Below, in pieces: positions 13,419 through 23,104 of a stretch of DNA of 64,000 bases. The notes under the pieces were generated by a model that saw nothing but the letters and a program-made list of their open reading frames with translations, had not been told where the DNA came from and did not search any database. This DNA comes from an uncultured Gemmatimonadota bacterium (GTDB taxonomy: Bacteria; GCA-2686955), in contig CAZBBK010000010.1 in NCBI GenBank assembly GCA_964490075.1, positions 1 to 64,000 of the forward strand. The letters run 5' to 3'. The translations under genes were made by a program, and so were the position numbers. The first letter of the stretch is position 1. Each line of letters starts with the position of its first letter.

Positions 13419-14696
13419 ATGCGCAGCTTCTCCGACTCTGGGTGCCGTCCTCGTATATTCGCAACCCTCGTCCTGCTGACGGCGGGAATCGGCAACGCCC
13501 TCACGGACAGCATTCAAGATGCGATCGACGACGCGGCGGACGGGGACACCGTCTGGGTCGACCCGGGCACCTACGCCGAATCGATAACCTTCAAGGGGAA
13601 GGGGATCGTTGTCTCGGGGAGGGAGCCGACTGATCCTGAAGTAGTGTCTGCCACGGTCATCGATGCGAGCGACTTGCAGCGTAGCGTCGTTCGCTTCTCC
13701 GCTGGAGAGGGTTCTGGATCGGTGCTACGGGGCCTGACCATCACCGGTGGCGCGGGCACGCCGCATGCATGGGGTGAGCTCGGGGTGCCCTCGACCGCTG
13801 GTGGGGGGATTCTGTGCCGCGGCAGCGCGCCCAGAATCGAGTACTGTGTCATTCGTGACAACGTGGTCAGCGGAACCGAGTCCTACGGTGGCGGCGCGCT
13901 CTGTATCGATGGTGCGGCGCCGGTCTTTCGCGCTTGCGCGGTGCGGAGCAACTCGGGCGTTCGCGGATCAGCGTTCTATCTCAGCGGCCGAGGTACGCAT
14001 GTGACTTTTGAGGACGGGGTCATCGCGGACGAGTGCTCCCGTAACAGAAATGCCAACATCGCCTACATTGTCGACGGCGCAGTATTGGAGATCAGTGACA
14101 CGATCCTTGAACGCAATCCCTGCCTCGGCGGCCTGATCGCCAACCGTGGAACGATTCGCGCTGACCGGTGCATTGTGCGGGAAGGGTGCCCCTCCTTCTT
14201 CTTGCTCTTCTCGAGCTTCGAGGAACCCGCAAGTGTAGCGCGGAACTGCCTGATCCATGACAACGAACGTTCCCGCTCCGTGTTCTTCGTGGACTACTCT
14301 CGGCTTCGCATCGAGAATTGCACTGTGGTCAGAAACGACGCATACAGCTATTACGCCCCAGTTGACGTCCATGGCGGGGAGGTGGAGATCTCGCATTCCA
14401 TATTCTGGGGGAACATCCCAGAAGTACCCGTGGTAAGAGTCACTTCTGGCGGCAGCGCGGTGGCCGATCACAGCGACATCTGGGGATTCTGGGGTGATGG
14501 GAACTTCTATGAGGATCCACTGCTCACGCCGTGGGGTCCCTGGAGCGACGCCCTGTTGCCAGATTCTCCCTGCATCGATGCCGGTGCGCTTGGAGTTGAG
14601 GACGGAATCGACTGGCCGCCGCGATACGGCAACGGCAACAGGGCGGACTTGGGCGCCTATGGCGGCCCTGGCTCCGCAGGATGGAAGCGACAATGA
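13419..14696 (+). CDS. Secreted parallel beta-helix protein (type A, copy 1)
   Basis: GAAGGA RBS; signal peptide; '[22 protein letters not shown]', 'GLTITGG', 'GGGILC', 'SPCIDAG', '[10 protein letters not shown]'; paralogue of 26752-28212. Confidence 0.8.
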   Translation: MRSFSDSGCRPRIFATLVLLTAGIGNALTDSIQDAIDDAADGDTVWVDPGTYAESITFKGKGIVVSGREPTDPEVVSATVIDASDLQRSVVRFSAGEGSGSVLRGLTITGGAGTPHAWGELGVPSTAGGGILCRGSAPRIEYCVIRDNVVSGTESYGGGALCIDGAAPVFRACAVRSNSGVRGSAFYLSGRGTHVTFEDGVIADECSRNRNANIAYIVDGAVLEISDTILERNPCLGGLIANRGTIRADRCIVREGCPSFFLLFSSFEEPASVARNCLIHDNERSRSVFFVDYSRLRIENCTVVRNDAYSYYAPVDVHGGEVEISHSIFWGNIPEVPVVRVTSGGSAVADHSDIWGFWGDGNFYEDPLLTPWGPWSDALLPDSPCIDAGALGVEDGIDWPPRYGNGNRADLGAYGGPGSAGWKRQ

Positions 14697-16267
14697 ACTG
14701 GGCTTCAACGCTGGTCGTCCTGGTCGCGGCCGGCCTGGGCACAGCAGGCACCATCCGGGTACCGGACGACTATCAAACGATCCAAGGGGCTATCGATGCC
14801 GCGAACGACCGAGACATTATTCGTGTCGATATCGGCGTCTACGGCGAAACGATCGATTTTCTGGGTAAGGAGATCACCGTCTGCAGCATCAATCCGCGCG
14901 ACAGCGTCATCGTGGCAAACACCATCATCGACGCGTCATCGGGCGACGGTTCCGTCGCGACTTTCAGGAGCGGTGAGAGCAGAAGAAGTGTGCTGTCTGG
15001 ATTCACCCTGACCGGTGGAAGCGGAGAGGAGGTGGAGGGCTGGGGCTACGGAGGCGGCGTCTACATTACGTCCGGTGCAACACTCGAGAGTTGCGTGATC
15101 AAGAACAACACGCTTGCGCGGTTCTACAGTGCAGTCGGGGGAGGTGTGTACGTGAGCGGCGGGGGTTCCGCCTCTTTGAGGAATTGTCGGCTGGAAGACA
15201 ACGGGCCTGCGAGAATGGGCGGCGGGGCGATCTACTGTGGAGAAGAAAGCCGCATCTTGGTGACGGACTCGGTGATCAGATCCAACACTGAGGATGACTT
15301 GACGATCTGGGTGAACGGTGCAGAGGCCACGATTCGCAACACCGCGATGATCGACAACGGACAGTACTTGGGCGGTGCGGTCCTCTCGGTGCAAGAAGGC
15401 CGGCTGGATCTCGTTGAATGTAGGGTGGCTCACAGTCGATGGAGTGGGGTCACGACCTCCGCGTCTGAAGCTAGCAATCAGGATTGCGTCTTCGAAAGAA
15501 ACGGTGGATCTGGCTTGGGCATGATGGACCGCAGTGTCGCGACCATAGAGAGAACGGAGTTCAAAGCGAACACGAGCGGCGCGGTCTGGGCGCGGGGTGT
15601 AAAGAGGCTGTCCATGGAGTTCTGCACGATCAGAGGTCATCGAAGCTCATCGGCCTTACTCATGGAACACCGGGAATGGTCATTGGGAGATGAATACAAA
15701 CCCTCTGCCCTGCTTCGCAACTGCCTGATCTATGACAACGCGGCGATCTCTCTTCCCGTCATGGAGGTGGATTCGTATGAGCTCGAAGTCATCCAGTGCT
15801 CGATATTTGGGAATTGGTCAGCGAGCGGGGACGCAGCACTGAGCCTCTTGGGTTCGGGTAGCAAGAGGGTTCAGAACAGCATCATCTGGGGAAACGAACC
15901 GAGCAATGTCTCCTCGGAGTTTCCCGAAAGCCTGAGTGTGTCGTTCAGCAATATCGGCGGTGGTTGGCCCGGGATCGGCAACATCGAGGGCGACCCGCTC
16001 CTGCTCGGGAGCTCGAAGCGGGCAGGTCTCCTGCGCCCGGATTCCCCGTGCATCGACGCTGGAGATCCTCTGACTACCGACGATCTCTGGGACTGGCACC
16101 CCCGCTGGCCCCGGCAGGCGCCCAATGGGGAACGAGCCGACATGGGCGCGCTGGGTGGGGCAGGCAACGGGATGTGGGCAAGCCACTGGGATCAGGCGTC
16201 GCGTACCAGCGCCGATCCGCGCGCTACTACTTCGTGTACAGGCGACTTTGAATCAGAGCCGTGGTAA
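14693..16267 (+). CDS. Secreted parallel beta-helix protein (type B, copy 1)
   Basis: ATGA overlap; 'TIRVPDDYQTIQGAIDAA', 'NSIIWGN', 'SPCIDAGDP..WHPRWP..PNGERADMGALGG'; paralogue of 28020-29519. Confidence 0.8.
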   Translation: MNWASTLVVLVAAGLGTAGTIRVPDDYQTIQGAIDAANDRDIIRVDIGVYGETIDFLGKEITVCSINPRDSVIVANTIIDASSGDGSVATFRSGESRRSVLSGFTLTGGSGEEVEGWGYGGGVYITSGATLESCVIKNNTLARFYSAVGGGVYVSGGGSASLRNCRLEDNGPARMGGGAIYCGEESRILVTDSVIRSNTEDDLTIWVNGAEATIRNTAMIDNGQYLGGAVLSVQEGRLDLVECRVAHSRWSGVTTSASEASNQDCVFERNGGSGLGMMDRSVATIERTEFKANTSGAVWARGVKRLSMEFCTIRGHRSSSALLMEHREWSLGDEYKPSALLRNCLIYDNAAISLPVMEVDSYELEVIQCSIFGNWSASGDAALSLLGSGSKRVQNSIIWGNEPSNVSSEFPESLSVSFSNIGGGWPGIGNIEGDPLLLGSSKRAGLLRPDSPCIDAGDPLTTDDLWDWHPRWPRQAPNGERADMGALGGAGNGMWASHWDQASRTSADPRATTSCTGDFESEPW

Positions 16268-16283
16268 CGCTTTCGATATGCTT

Positions 16284-16308
16284 GGCGCTCCCCTGCGCAG
16301 GGAGCGCC
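16284..16308. terminator. GC-rich hairpin after the beta-helix pair (possible terminator or REP-like element)
   Basis: GGCGCTCCC-CTGCGCA-GGGAGCGCC inverted repeat; no U-tract; degenerate copy at 16478-16502. Confidence 0.35.
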
Positions 16309-16533
16309 CGGAAGGCGTCCACTCGTGTCCATGTCCTGGCCGGTGCCACGAGGCTGACCGCTGGTTTCTCGGCCCCGAGACCGCGCCCGTGCCCGAATCA
16401 GACCCCTCGGCCCGGGCCCGGTCCGGCGGCGGGAATCGGGCATGGGCAGGGGCGGGGGCTCGGTTCGTCGTCTTCCGGGCATCCCCTGCGCGGAGAGCCG
16501 CCAAGTCGAAACCCCAGCCGAACCGGCCCGCGA

Positions 16534-16563
16534 TTGACACCCCTCAAACCCTTTTCCTATCGT
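16534..16563 (+). promoter_or_regulatory. Candidate sigma-70 promoter for the envelope operon
   Basis: TTGACA (16534-16539), 18-nt spacer, TATCGT (16558-16563), 52 nt before ATG16616. Confidence 0.6.
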
Positions 16564-16615
16564 CGCCCCTTCCGTGCCCTCGTCCTTCCTCCTCCAGCGT
16601 CGCTCCCCTACTCGG

Positions 16616-17263
16616 ATGGCAGTGAGACCCTTGCATCCTCTCGCTTCGTGCGTCGTGGCCGCCCTGGTGGCGTCGGTGCTGGCGGGCTGCGCGTCGCGGC
16701 CGCCGACCGCCGCCGCGCCGGCGACCAATCTGGAGCTGATGGACCGCGCGGTCGAGGGTGCGGTGGGCGGGCTGACCGCTGCCCTGGCGGCGGACTCCAC
16801 GCGCTCCCTCAGGATCTGCGTCGACGAGGGGCATCGCCAGGCCGGCTTCTTGCAGGATGCGCTGCTGCGCGCCTGTCTCGATCGCGGCTGGCGCGCCGCG
16901 GTCTGCGAGGAGCAGAGCGCCGCTCCGCCGGCCGCCGCCTGGTCTCTGGGGGTCGAGGTGCTGGAGCTGGAGCTGCGCTATTCCGCGCTCGGCGGGCTCT
17001 TTGGCGGCGGCAGGACTCGGCGCCAGGCCGAGGCAGCCTTCTCGGCCACGCTCGCCGACTCGACCGGCGCCGTGCACCTGCTGGAGCGCTACTCCGCCCT
17101 GGCCGAAGATGAGGTCTCCGATCGCTCCCTGGAGGCTCTCGAGAGCGGCCCCTTTCAACCGCAACGCGTCGGCGACCGGCCACCGGGGCTGCTGGAACCG
17201 GCCATCGCGGCCGCGGTCGCGCTCGGCATGACCTACCTCCTGATCGGCACTCACATCGAATGA
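16616..17263 (+). CDS. Hypothetical lipoprotein with hydrophobic C-terminal segment
   Basis: Lipobox 'VLAGC'; C-terminal 'LEPAIAAAVALGMTYLLIG'; stop overlaps bamD ATG. Confidence 0.65.
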   Translation: MAVRPLHPLASCVVAALVASVLAGCASRPPTAAAPATNLELMDRAVEGAVGGLTAALAADSTRSLRICVDEGHRQAGFLQDALLRACLDRGWRAAVCEEQSAAPPAAAWSLGVEVLELELRYSALGGLFGGGRTRRQAEAAFSATLADSTGAVHLLERYSALAEDEVSDRSLEALESGPFQPQRVGDRPPGLLEPAIAAAVALGMTYLLIGTHIE

Positions 17264-18105
17264 ACCGCACCAAGCTCCACGCCGCGCTCGCATCGATCGC
17301 CCTGCTCCTGGCCGGCTGCGGCGGCCGCTCGCCGCGTTTGCGGGGATCCGACGAGCAGTTCTACCACGCCCAGCTACTGCTAGAAGAGGGCCACACCCTC
17401 GAGGCGCTCGAGGAGTTCGAGCAGCTGCGCAACGCCTACCCCGGGTCGCGTTACCTCGACGCCGCGATCTTCGGCACCGGGCGAGCCCACTTCGAGCGCG
17501 GTGACCACCTGGTCGCCGCCACCCATTTCCAGCGCCTGGTCGACGACTTCCCCAACTCGGAGCATCGGCCGGCGGCGCGCTTTCGGCTGGCCCGCTGCTA
17601 CGACCAGATGGCGCTCCCGGCGCGCCTGGATCAGAACTACACGATTCTCGCCGTCGAGCAGTACTCGCTTTGCCTGATCGAGTTCCCCGATGCCGAGCAG
17701 CGCGTCGTGACGCTGGAGCGACTGGCATCCTTGCGCGCGCGTTTGGCGGAAAAAGAGCTGCTCACCGGCGAGTTCTACAACCGCCGCGAGCGCTACGACG
17801 CCGCGCTGCTCTTTCTCGACCAGGTCCTGGAGCGCTACGGAGACACCCCGCTCGCCGACCGTGCCCGCCTGGCCCGGGCCGAGGCGCTGGTGGGGCTGGA
17901 GCGCCAGGGCGAGGCGCGGCCGCTCTTCGAGGCGCTCGGCGCGACCGCCGCCGACTCGCGGCTGCGCGAGACGGCGCTCGATCGACTGCGCGAGCTGGAC
18001 TCGATCGCCGCGCTGGCCGACACCAGTGCCGCCATCCCCGGCGTCGGCGCCGTCCCGGACGCCGGCGCCGTCGAAGACCCTGGAGACGGGAACGACGCCG
18101 GATGA
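17260..18105 (+). CDS. bamD: Outer membrane protein assembly factor BamD
   Basis: Lipobox 'LLAGC'; TPRs 'YPGSRY', 'FPNSE'; 'LDQNYT..A', 'LAEKELLTGEFY..R..Y.AA'. Confidence 0.88.
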   Translation: MNRTKLHAALASIALLLAGCGGRSPRLRGSDEQFYHAQLLLEEGHTLEALEEFEQLRNAYPGSRYLDAAIFGTGRAHFERGDHLVAATHFQRLVDDFPNSEHRPAARFRLARCYDQMALPARLDQNYTILAVEQYSLCLIEFPDAEQRVVTLERLASLRARLAEKELLTGEFYNRRERYDAALLFLDQVLERYGDTPLADRARLARAEALVGLERQGEARPLFEALGATAADSRLRETALDRLRELDSIAALADTSAAIPGVGAVPDAGAVEDPGDGNDAG

Positions 18106-18695
18106 GCTCCCCGGCCTGGGTCGCGTTGCTCGGCGGGACCTTCGATCCCGTGCACCGGGGCCATCTCGGCCTGGTGCGCGCCGCACTGGCCCACCCGCGG
18201 GTCGACGAGGTGCGGCTGGTCCCCTCGCCCGCTCCGCCGCACAAGCCGCAGGGCGCTTCCGCCAGCTTCGAGCAGCGCGTCGCGATGTGTCGCATCGCCT
18301 GTCGCGAATTGCGCGGCGCATCGGTGTGGGAGATCGAGAAGGATCGCCCCGGTCCTTCCTACACCATCGACACCCTGGCCCACGCCGCGCCGCTGGTGGC
18401 GCCAAAGCTCCCGGTCTTCCTGATGGGGGCCGACAGCCTGATCGACCTGCCGAGCTGGCACCAGCCCGAGCGCCTGCTCGAATGCTGGACCGTGCTGGTG
18501 GTGCCGCGGCCGGGCTACGATCTGGCCCGAGTGCCGGCGACCTTGCTCGAGCGCGTCCAACTGCTCACCATGGAACCCAGCGACGCCTCCTCGACCCGCG
18601 CCCGGGCGCTGGCCGGCGGCGCGCGGAACGCCCTGGTCACACCCGGCGTAGATCGCTACATCCGCAGCCACGGGATCTACGGAGCCACACCCTGA
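18102..18695 (+). CDS. nadD: Nicotinate-nucleotide adenylyltransferase
   Basis: 'GGTFDPVHRGH', 'PPHK', 'SYTIDTL', 'LMGADS', 'SST', 'V..YI..HGIY'. Confidence 0.93.
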   Translation: MSSPAWVALLGGTFDPVHRGHLGLVRAALAHPRVDEVRLVPSPAPPHKPQGASASFEQRVAMCRIACRELRGASVWEIEKDRPGPSYTIDTLAHAAPLVAPKLPVFLMGADSLIDLPSWHQPERLLECWTVLVVPRPGYDLARVPATLLERVQLLTMEPSDASSTRARALAGGARNALVTPGVDRYIRSHGIYGATP

Positions 18696-20425
18696 AACCC
18701 CGGGCCCGCCCCAGGAACCCCATCATCCGAAGCCTGATCCGCCCCTTCCTCGCTCTCTCCCTGCTGCCTGCGCTGCTGGCCGCCTGCGCCTCGACGCGCC
18801 CGCCCGAGCCCCCGTCCCCACCGGCGCCGCCCCCTCTCGGCCCCTCCTTCGCCGACGCCGAGACCTACGGCATGTACGCATCCGCTCTGCTCCTGGAGCG
18901 CGAGGGCAAGACCGTCGAAGCGATCGACCTGCTGGAGACCCTCACCGCCTTCGGCGACCCGCGCTCGGTCGAGGCCCATATCCTGCTCTCCCGCCTCTAC
19001 GGCCGTGCCGGTCGCGGCGAGCGCGCCCTGGAGCGGGTGCGCATCGCCCTCGCCCTCGATCCCGAGAATGCCGAGGCGCTGCGCCTGCAGGGCAACCTGC
19101 TGCTCAGCATGAGCCGCGCTGCCCCGGCCGCCCATGCCTACCGCAAGGTGCTGGCGATCGAGCCGGGCGACGCGACCACCCGCATCCGCTTGGCCGATCT
19201 CGAGGTCGGACTCGGTCACCCCGACCGTGCCCTGGACCTGCTCCGCGAGGCCGAGGCCCGCCACGGCTTCTCCCCCGAGATCGCCCGCCGCCGCGCCGAG
19301 CTGCTCGCCGATCTGCGCGGCCCCGACGCCGCCCTGGCCTATCTCGACGGCCTCGACTTGCGCGCCCGCCCCGCTCTGACCCTGCAGCGCGCCACCCATC
19401 TCGCCGCCCTCTCGCGCTACGCCGAGGCGATCGCCGCCCTCCAGCGGATCGCGGCCGATTCCACCGCCGGCTACCGCGTGCACGACGAGCTGGCCCAGCT
19501 CCTGATGGCGACCGGCGACCCCGACGCCGCGCTGGTCCACTTCGAGCGCGCGGCCGAGCTGGCTCCCGAGCGCCCCACGATCCGCCTGCGCCTGGCCATG
19601 GCGCTGGCCGACGCCGGGCGCCTCGACGAGGCCCACGTGCTGCTCACCGAGCTCCACCACCAGCACCCCGCCCACCCCCGCTACCGCGCCGCGCTGGGCG
19701 CCCTGGCCGCCGAGATGGAGCTCTTCGACGAGGCCCGCCACCATTTCCGCGAGGTCGCACGGCGCCATCCCACCCACACCGACGCCTGGATCGGTCTGGC
19801 GGCGATCGAGGGCACCGAGAGCGCGGCGGGTCGAGCCATCCTGGAGCGCGCGATCGCGCTCAATCCACAGGCTCCGATCCTGAGCTTCCTGCTCGGCGCC
19901 GCGGTGCGCCACCACCAGCAGCTCGAGCGCGGCGAGGCCCTGGTCAGTCGCGCCATCGAGCTCGGACTCGACGACGCCGAGGCCTGGTTCGAGCTGGGCG
20001 CGATCCGCGAGCTGCGCGGCGATGTCGACGGCGCCCGCGACGCCTTCCTGCGCGTGCTCGAGCACGAGCCCGACAACGCCTCGGCCATGAACTACATCGG
20101 CTACATGTACGCCGACCGCGGCATCCGCCTGACCGAATCGCGGCGCCTGATCGAGCGCGCCTGCGCCCTCGAGCCCGACAACGGCTACTTCGTCGACAGC
20201 CTCGGCTGGGTCTACTTCCGTCTCGGCGAGACCGAGCGCGCCCGGGTCGAATTGGAGCGCGCATCCGACCTCTCGCGGGACGATCCGGTGATCTTCGAGC
20301 ATCTCGGCGACGTTCTGCGCCAGCTCGGAGAGAGCGAGGCCGCCGCCGCCGCCTACCGCCGCTCGCTCGACCTCGACCCCGACAACCGCGCCCTGATCGA
20401 GCGTCTGAACGAGCTCGCCTGGTGA
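18692..20425 (+). CDS. TPR-repeat lipoprotein
   Basis: Lipobox 'LLAAC'; many TPRs; 'NYIGYMYAD', 'DSLGWVYF', 'FEHLGD'; start uncertain (CTG18692 overlaps nadD stop). Confidence 0.8.
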   Translation: MKPRARPRNPIIRSLIRPFLALSLLPALLAACASTRPPEPPSPPAPPPLGPSFADAETYGMYASALLLEREGKTVEAIDLLETLTAFGDPRSVEAHILLSRLYGRAGRGERALERVRIALALDPENAEALRLQGNLLLSMSRAAPAAHAYRKVLAIEPGDATTRIRLADLEVGLGHPDRALDLLREAEARHGFSPEIARRRAELLADLRGPDAALAYLDGLDLRARPALTLQRATHLAALSRYAEAIAALQRIAADSTAGYRVHDELAQLLMATGDPDAALVHFERAAELAPERPTIRLRLAMALADAGRLDEAHVLLTELHHQHPAHPRYRAALGALAAEMELFDEARHHFREVARRHPTHTDAWIGLAAIEGTESAAGRAILERAIALNPQAPILSFLLGAAVRHHQQLERGEALVSRAIELGLDDAEAWFELGAIRELRGDVDGARDAFLRVLEHEPDNASAMNYIGYMYADRGIRLTESRRLIERACALEPDNGYFVDSLGWVYFRLGETERARVELERASDLSRDDPVIFEHLGDVLRQLGESEAAAAAYRRSLDLDPDNRALIERLNELAW

Positions 20426-21183
20426 TCGCCACGCGCGCGCTGGCGGCGGCCCTGGCGCTCCTTCTGAGCGCCGGCTGCGCCGGGCGGCGCGTCCCGCAAC
20501 TCCCCGTCCCCGAGCGGATCGACCAGGTGCGCGACAACTACGCGCGGGTCGACGACGTCGTCGGGCTGATCAACGTGGTGGTCGCCGAGGGCGGCGAGCA
20601 GGAGCGGCTCGGCGGCAGCGTCGTCTTCCAGCGTCCCGATCGGCTGCGCCTCGAGGTGCTCACCCCCCTGGGCCAGGCGGTCGCGACCATCGTCCACCGC
20701 GAGGGGCGGGTGGTGGTACACGACCACCGCGAGGACGCCTGGTGGGTCGGGCGGGTCGGCGGCGAGCGGGCGCTGCGCGTCTACGGCGTGCCGCTCGAGG
20801 TGGCGGCCTGGATCGAAACCCTGCGCGACGGAGGCCTCCCCGCGGCGGGGCCCTTCGAGCCTGGCGCTCCGCACGAGCTGCGGGTCCGGCGGGGCGGACG
20901 CGAGCTGATCCTCGAGCTCGACGAGGATCGCCCGGTGCTGCGCCGGCGCCGTTCGCTGCTCCACGCTTCCCTGGTCGAGGAGACCCGTTACGACGACTTC
21001 GCGCGCCTCTCCGGCGTCCACCATCCGGGCAAGGTGCGCATCTCCTGGCCCGAGCGCCGGCGCTCGATCGAGATCCGCTTCCGCAAGAAGGCGATCAACC
21101 GCGGCGTCGACGCGACCCATTTCCGGCTCGAGCCGCCGGCCGGTGCGCGGGTCGGGCGCCTGGAAGAGGGGGTGGATGGATGA
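20422..21183 (+). CDS. LolB/DUF4292-like lipoprotein
   Basis: Lipobox 'LSAGC'; 'RPDRLRLEVLTPLG', 'F.LEPP.GA'; follows a TPR gene as lolB-like genes often do. Confidence 0.6.
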   Translation: MIATRALAAALALLLSAGCAGRRVPQLPVPERIDQVRDNYARVDDVVGLINVVVAEGGEQERLGGSVVFQRPDRLRLEVLTPLGQAVATIVHREGRVVVHDHREDAWWVGRVGGERALRVYGVPLEVAAWIETLRDGGLPAAGPFEPGAPHELRVRRGGRELILELDEDRPVLRRRRSLLHASLVEETRYDDFARLSGVHHPGKVRISWPERRRSIEIRFRKKAINRGVDATHFRLEPPAGARVGRLEEGVDG

Positions 21184-22130
21184 ATGGGCACGGGATCGCG
21201 CTCGGGGCCCTGTGGGTGCTGCTCTTGACCCCGCCGCCTGCCTCGGGCTCCACGGCAGCCCCCGCCGACTCCGGCCGGGGCGCCGAGATGCGCCGCATGC
21301 CGCCGATCCCCGGCGAGCGGCTGGAGTACACCCTGGAGTACGGCCTGGTGCGCGCCGGCAGCGCCTCCATGGAGGTCGGGCCGCTGGAGCAGGTGCTGGG
21401 TCGCCCCTGCGTGACCCTGACCACCCGCGCCCGTTCCGCCGATGCCTTCGACCTGGTCTTCAAGGTGGACGACTGGGTGCGCTCGCTCTTCGACTTCGAG
21501 CGCCTCTTCACGTGGCGTTTCGAGCGCCACATCCGCGAGGGCAGCTACAGCCGCGACGAGACGGTGCACTACGATCCGGTGAATCGCGTGGCGCGCTACG
21601 ATGACGGGCGCGCCTACCGCACCCCGGCGCAGGCACAAGACGTGCTCTCGGCGCTCTATTTCGTCCGCTCCGGTCCCCTCGAGCCCGGCAGCTCGGTCTT
21701 CGTGCCGACCCACGCCGACCGCAAGAACTACGCGCTCGAGGTGAAAGTAGGGCAAGAAGAAACCGTGACAACTCCAGCAGGCACATTCGATTGTGTAGTC
21801 GTAGAGCCAGTGCTGCAGTCCGAGGGGATCTTCCGCCAGCAGGGCCGGTTGCAGATCTGGCTGACCCGCGACCCGGCCCACGTCCCGGTGCTGATGAAGA
21901 GCAAGGTGGTGATCGGCCACGTGGCGGCCCTGCTCACCCGCCGGGTGGTTGCCGGTGCCGATTCGACCCTCGCGGCCGTCGATTCGACCCTTGCCGCCGC
22001 CGACTCGGCCTTCACCGCGAACGCTGCCGGAAGCGCGGGGAGCGGCGCCGACTCGGACGCGGGGGCCGCGCATCCGGCGCCGTCCGACTCGAGCGTTGCC
22101 GAGCAACCCGTGCGAGAGGAGTCGCGATGA
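21180..22130 (+). CDS. DUF3108-family exported protein with low-complexity Ala/Asp/Ser tail
   Basis: Signal peptide; 'GERLEY..EYG...AG', 'QDVLSALYFVR', 'ETVTTPAGTFDC', 'IWLT.D..HVPV'. Confidence 0.75.
   Translation: MNGHGIALGALWVLLLTPPPASGSTAAPADSGRGAEMRRMPPIPGERLEYTLEYGLVRAGSASMEVGPLEQVLGRPCVTLTTRARSADAFDLVFKVDDWVRSLFDFERLFTWRFERHIREGSYSRDETVHYDPVNRVARYDDGRAYRTPAQAQDVLSALYFVRSGPLEPGSSVFVPTHADRKNYALEVKVGQEETVTTPAGTFDCVVVEPVLQSEGIFRQQGRLQIWLTRDPAHVPVLMKSKVVIGHVAALLTRRVVAGADSTLAAVDSTLAAADSAFTANAAGSAGSGADSDAGAAHPAPSDSSVAEQPVREESR
21957..22019 (+). repeat. Three imperfect 21-bp tandem repeats encoding ADSTLAA-VDSTLAA-ADSAFTA
   Basis: gccgattcgaccctcgcggcc / gtcgattcgacccttgccgcc / gccgactcggccttcaccgcg. 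Confidence 0.8.
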
Positions 22131-23104
22131 GCGCCACCCACCCCGAAGCCGACCTGTCGCGGGTCCGCACCCACGGAATCGCCTCCCGGCCCTCCAAGGT
22201 GTCGGTCGACGACCTGGGCCAGCTCTTCGATCCCGGCGAGCCCTTCGCCCGTTTCCTCGCCAGTCTGCCGAAGCAGCTCGCCGCGCCCGAGCTGCTCGAC
22301 CTGGCCCGGGCCATCGCCGCGGCCCACCGCGCGGGCCGGCCGGTGATCTTCATGTTCGGCGGCCACGTGGTGAAATGCGGACTGTCGCGCCTGGTCGTCG
22401 ACCTGGTCGAGCGCGGAGTGGTCACCCACCTGGTGACCAACGGCTCGGGCGCCATCCACGACCTGGAGCTGGCCTTCTTCGGCGCCACCTCGGAGGACGT
22501 CGCCAGCCGGCTCGACGACGGCAGCTTCGGCTTCGCGCGCGAGACGGCGGAGATCTTCGCGCGCGCTCTGGAGCAGGCGGCGCGCGCCGGGAGCGGGCTC
22601 GGCGAGGCGATCGGTCGGGTGGCCGCGGCGGCTCCGCGGCGCGAGATCTCGCTCTTTCACCGCGCTTTGGAAGCGGGCATCCCCTGCACCGTGCACGTGG
22701 CGCTGGGGGCGGAGATCGTGCACCAGCATCCGGGGATCGACGCGGCGGCGCTGGGCGAGGCCAGCATGCGCGACTTCCGCATCCTCGCCGCCGCCCTGGC
22801 CGGCCTGGACGCCCAGAGCGTGGTGCTCAACGTCGGCTCCAGCGTGATCCTGCCCGAGGTCTTCCTCAAGGCGCTCACCGTGGCCCGCAACCTGGGCGCG
22901 CCGGCCCACGGCTTCACCGCCGCCGGGCTCGACATGCTGCGCCCCTACCGCGCAACCGAGAACGTGGTGCGTCGTCCCACCCGCACCGGCGGCCGAGGCA
23001 TCCAGCTCACCGGCCACCACGAGATCATGATCCCCTTGCTCTACGGCGCCGTGCTCGCGGCGCTCGAGGGCGAGCTGGAGGAGGTCCGATGCTCTACGCC
23101 GTGA
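22127..23104 (+). CDS. Conserved protein of unknown function, deoxyhypusine-synthase-like NAD/FAD-binding fold
   Basis: 'GGHVVKCGL', 'NGSGAIHDLE...G.TSEDV', 'TVHVA.G.EI.H', 'GS.VILPEVFLKA', 'GHHEIMIPL'. Confidence 0.65.
   Translation: MSATHPEADLSRVRTHGIASRPSKVSVDDLGQLFDPGEPFARFLASLPKQLAAPELLDLARAIAAAHRAGRPVIFMFGGHVVKCGLSRLVVDLVERGVVTHLVTNGSGAIHDLELAFFGATSEDVASRLDDGSFGFARETAEIFARALEQAARAGSGLGEAIGRVAAAAPRREISLFHRALEAGIPCTVHVALGAEIVHQHPGIDAAALGEASMRDFRILAAALAGLDAQSVVLNVGSSVILPEVFLKALTVARNLGAPAHGFTAAGLDMLRPYRATENVVRRPTRTGGRGIQLTGHHEIMIPLLYGAVLAALEGELEEVRCSTP

Noticed and set aside
16186-16267. Extra C-terminal residues on beta-helix B copy 1 suggesting a second stop loss
   Set aside because: The TGG is one codon off from the paralogue's stop; alignment too weak to call
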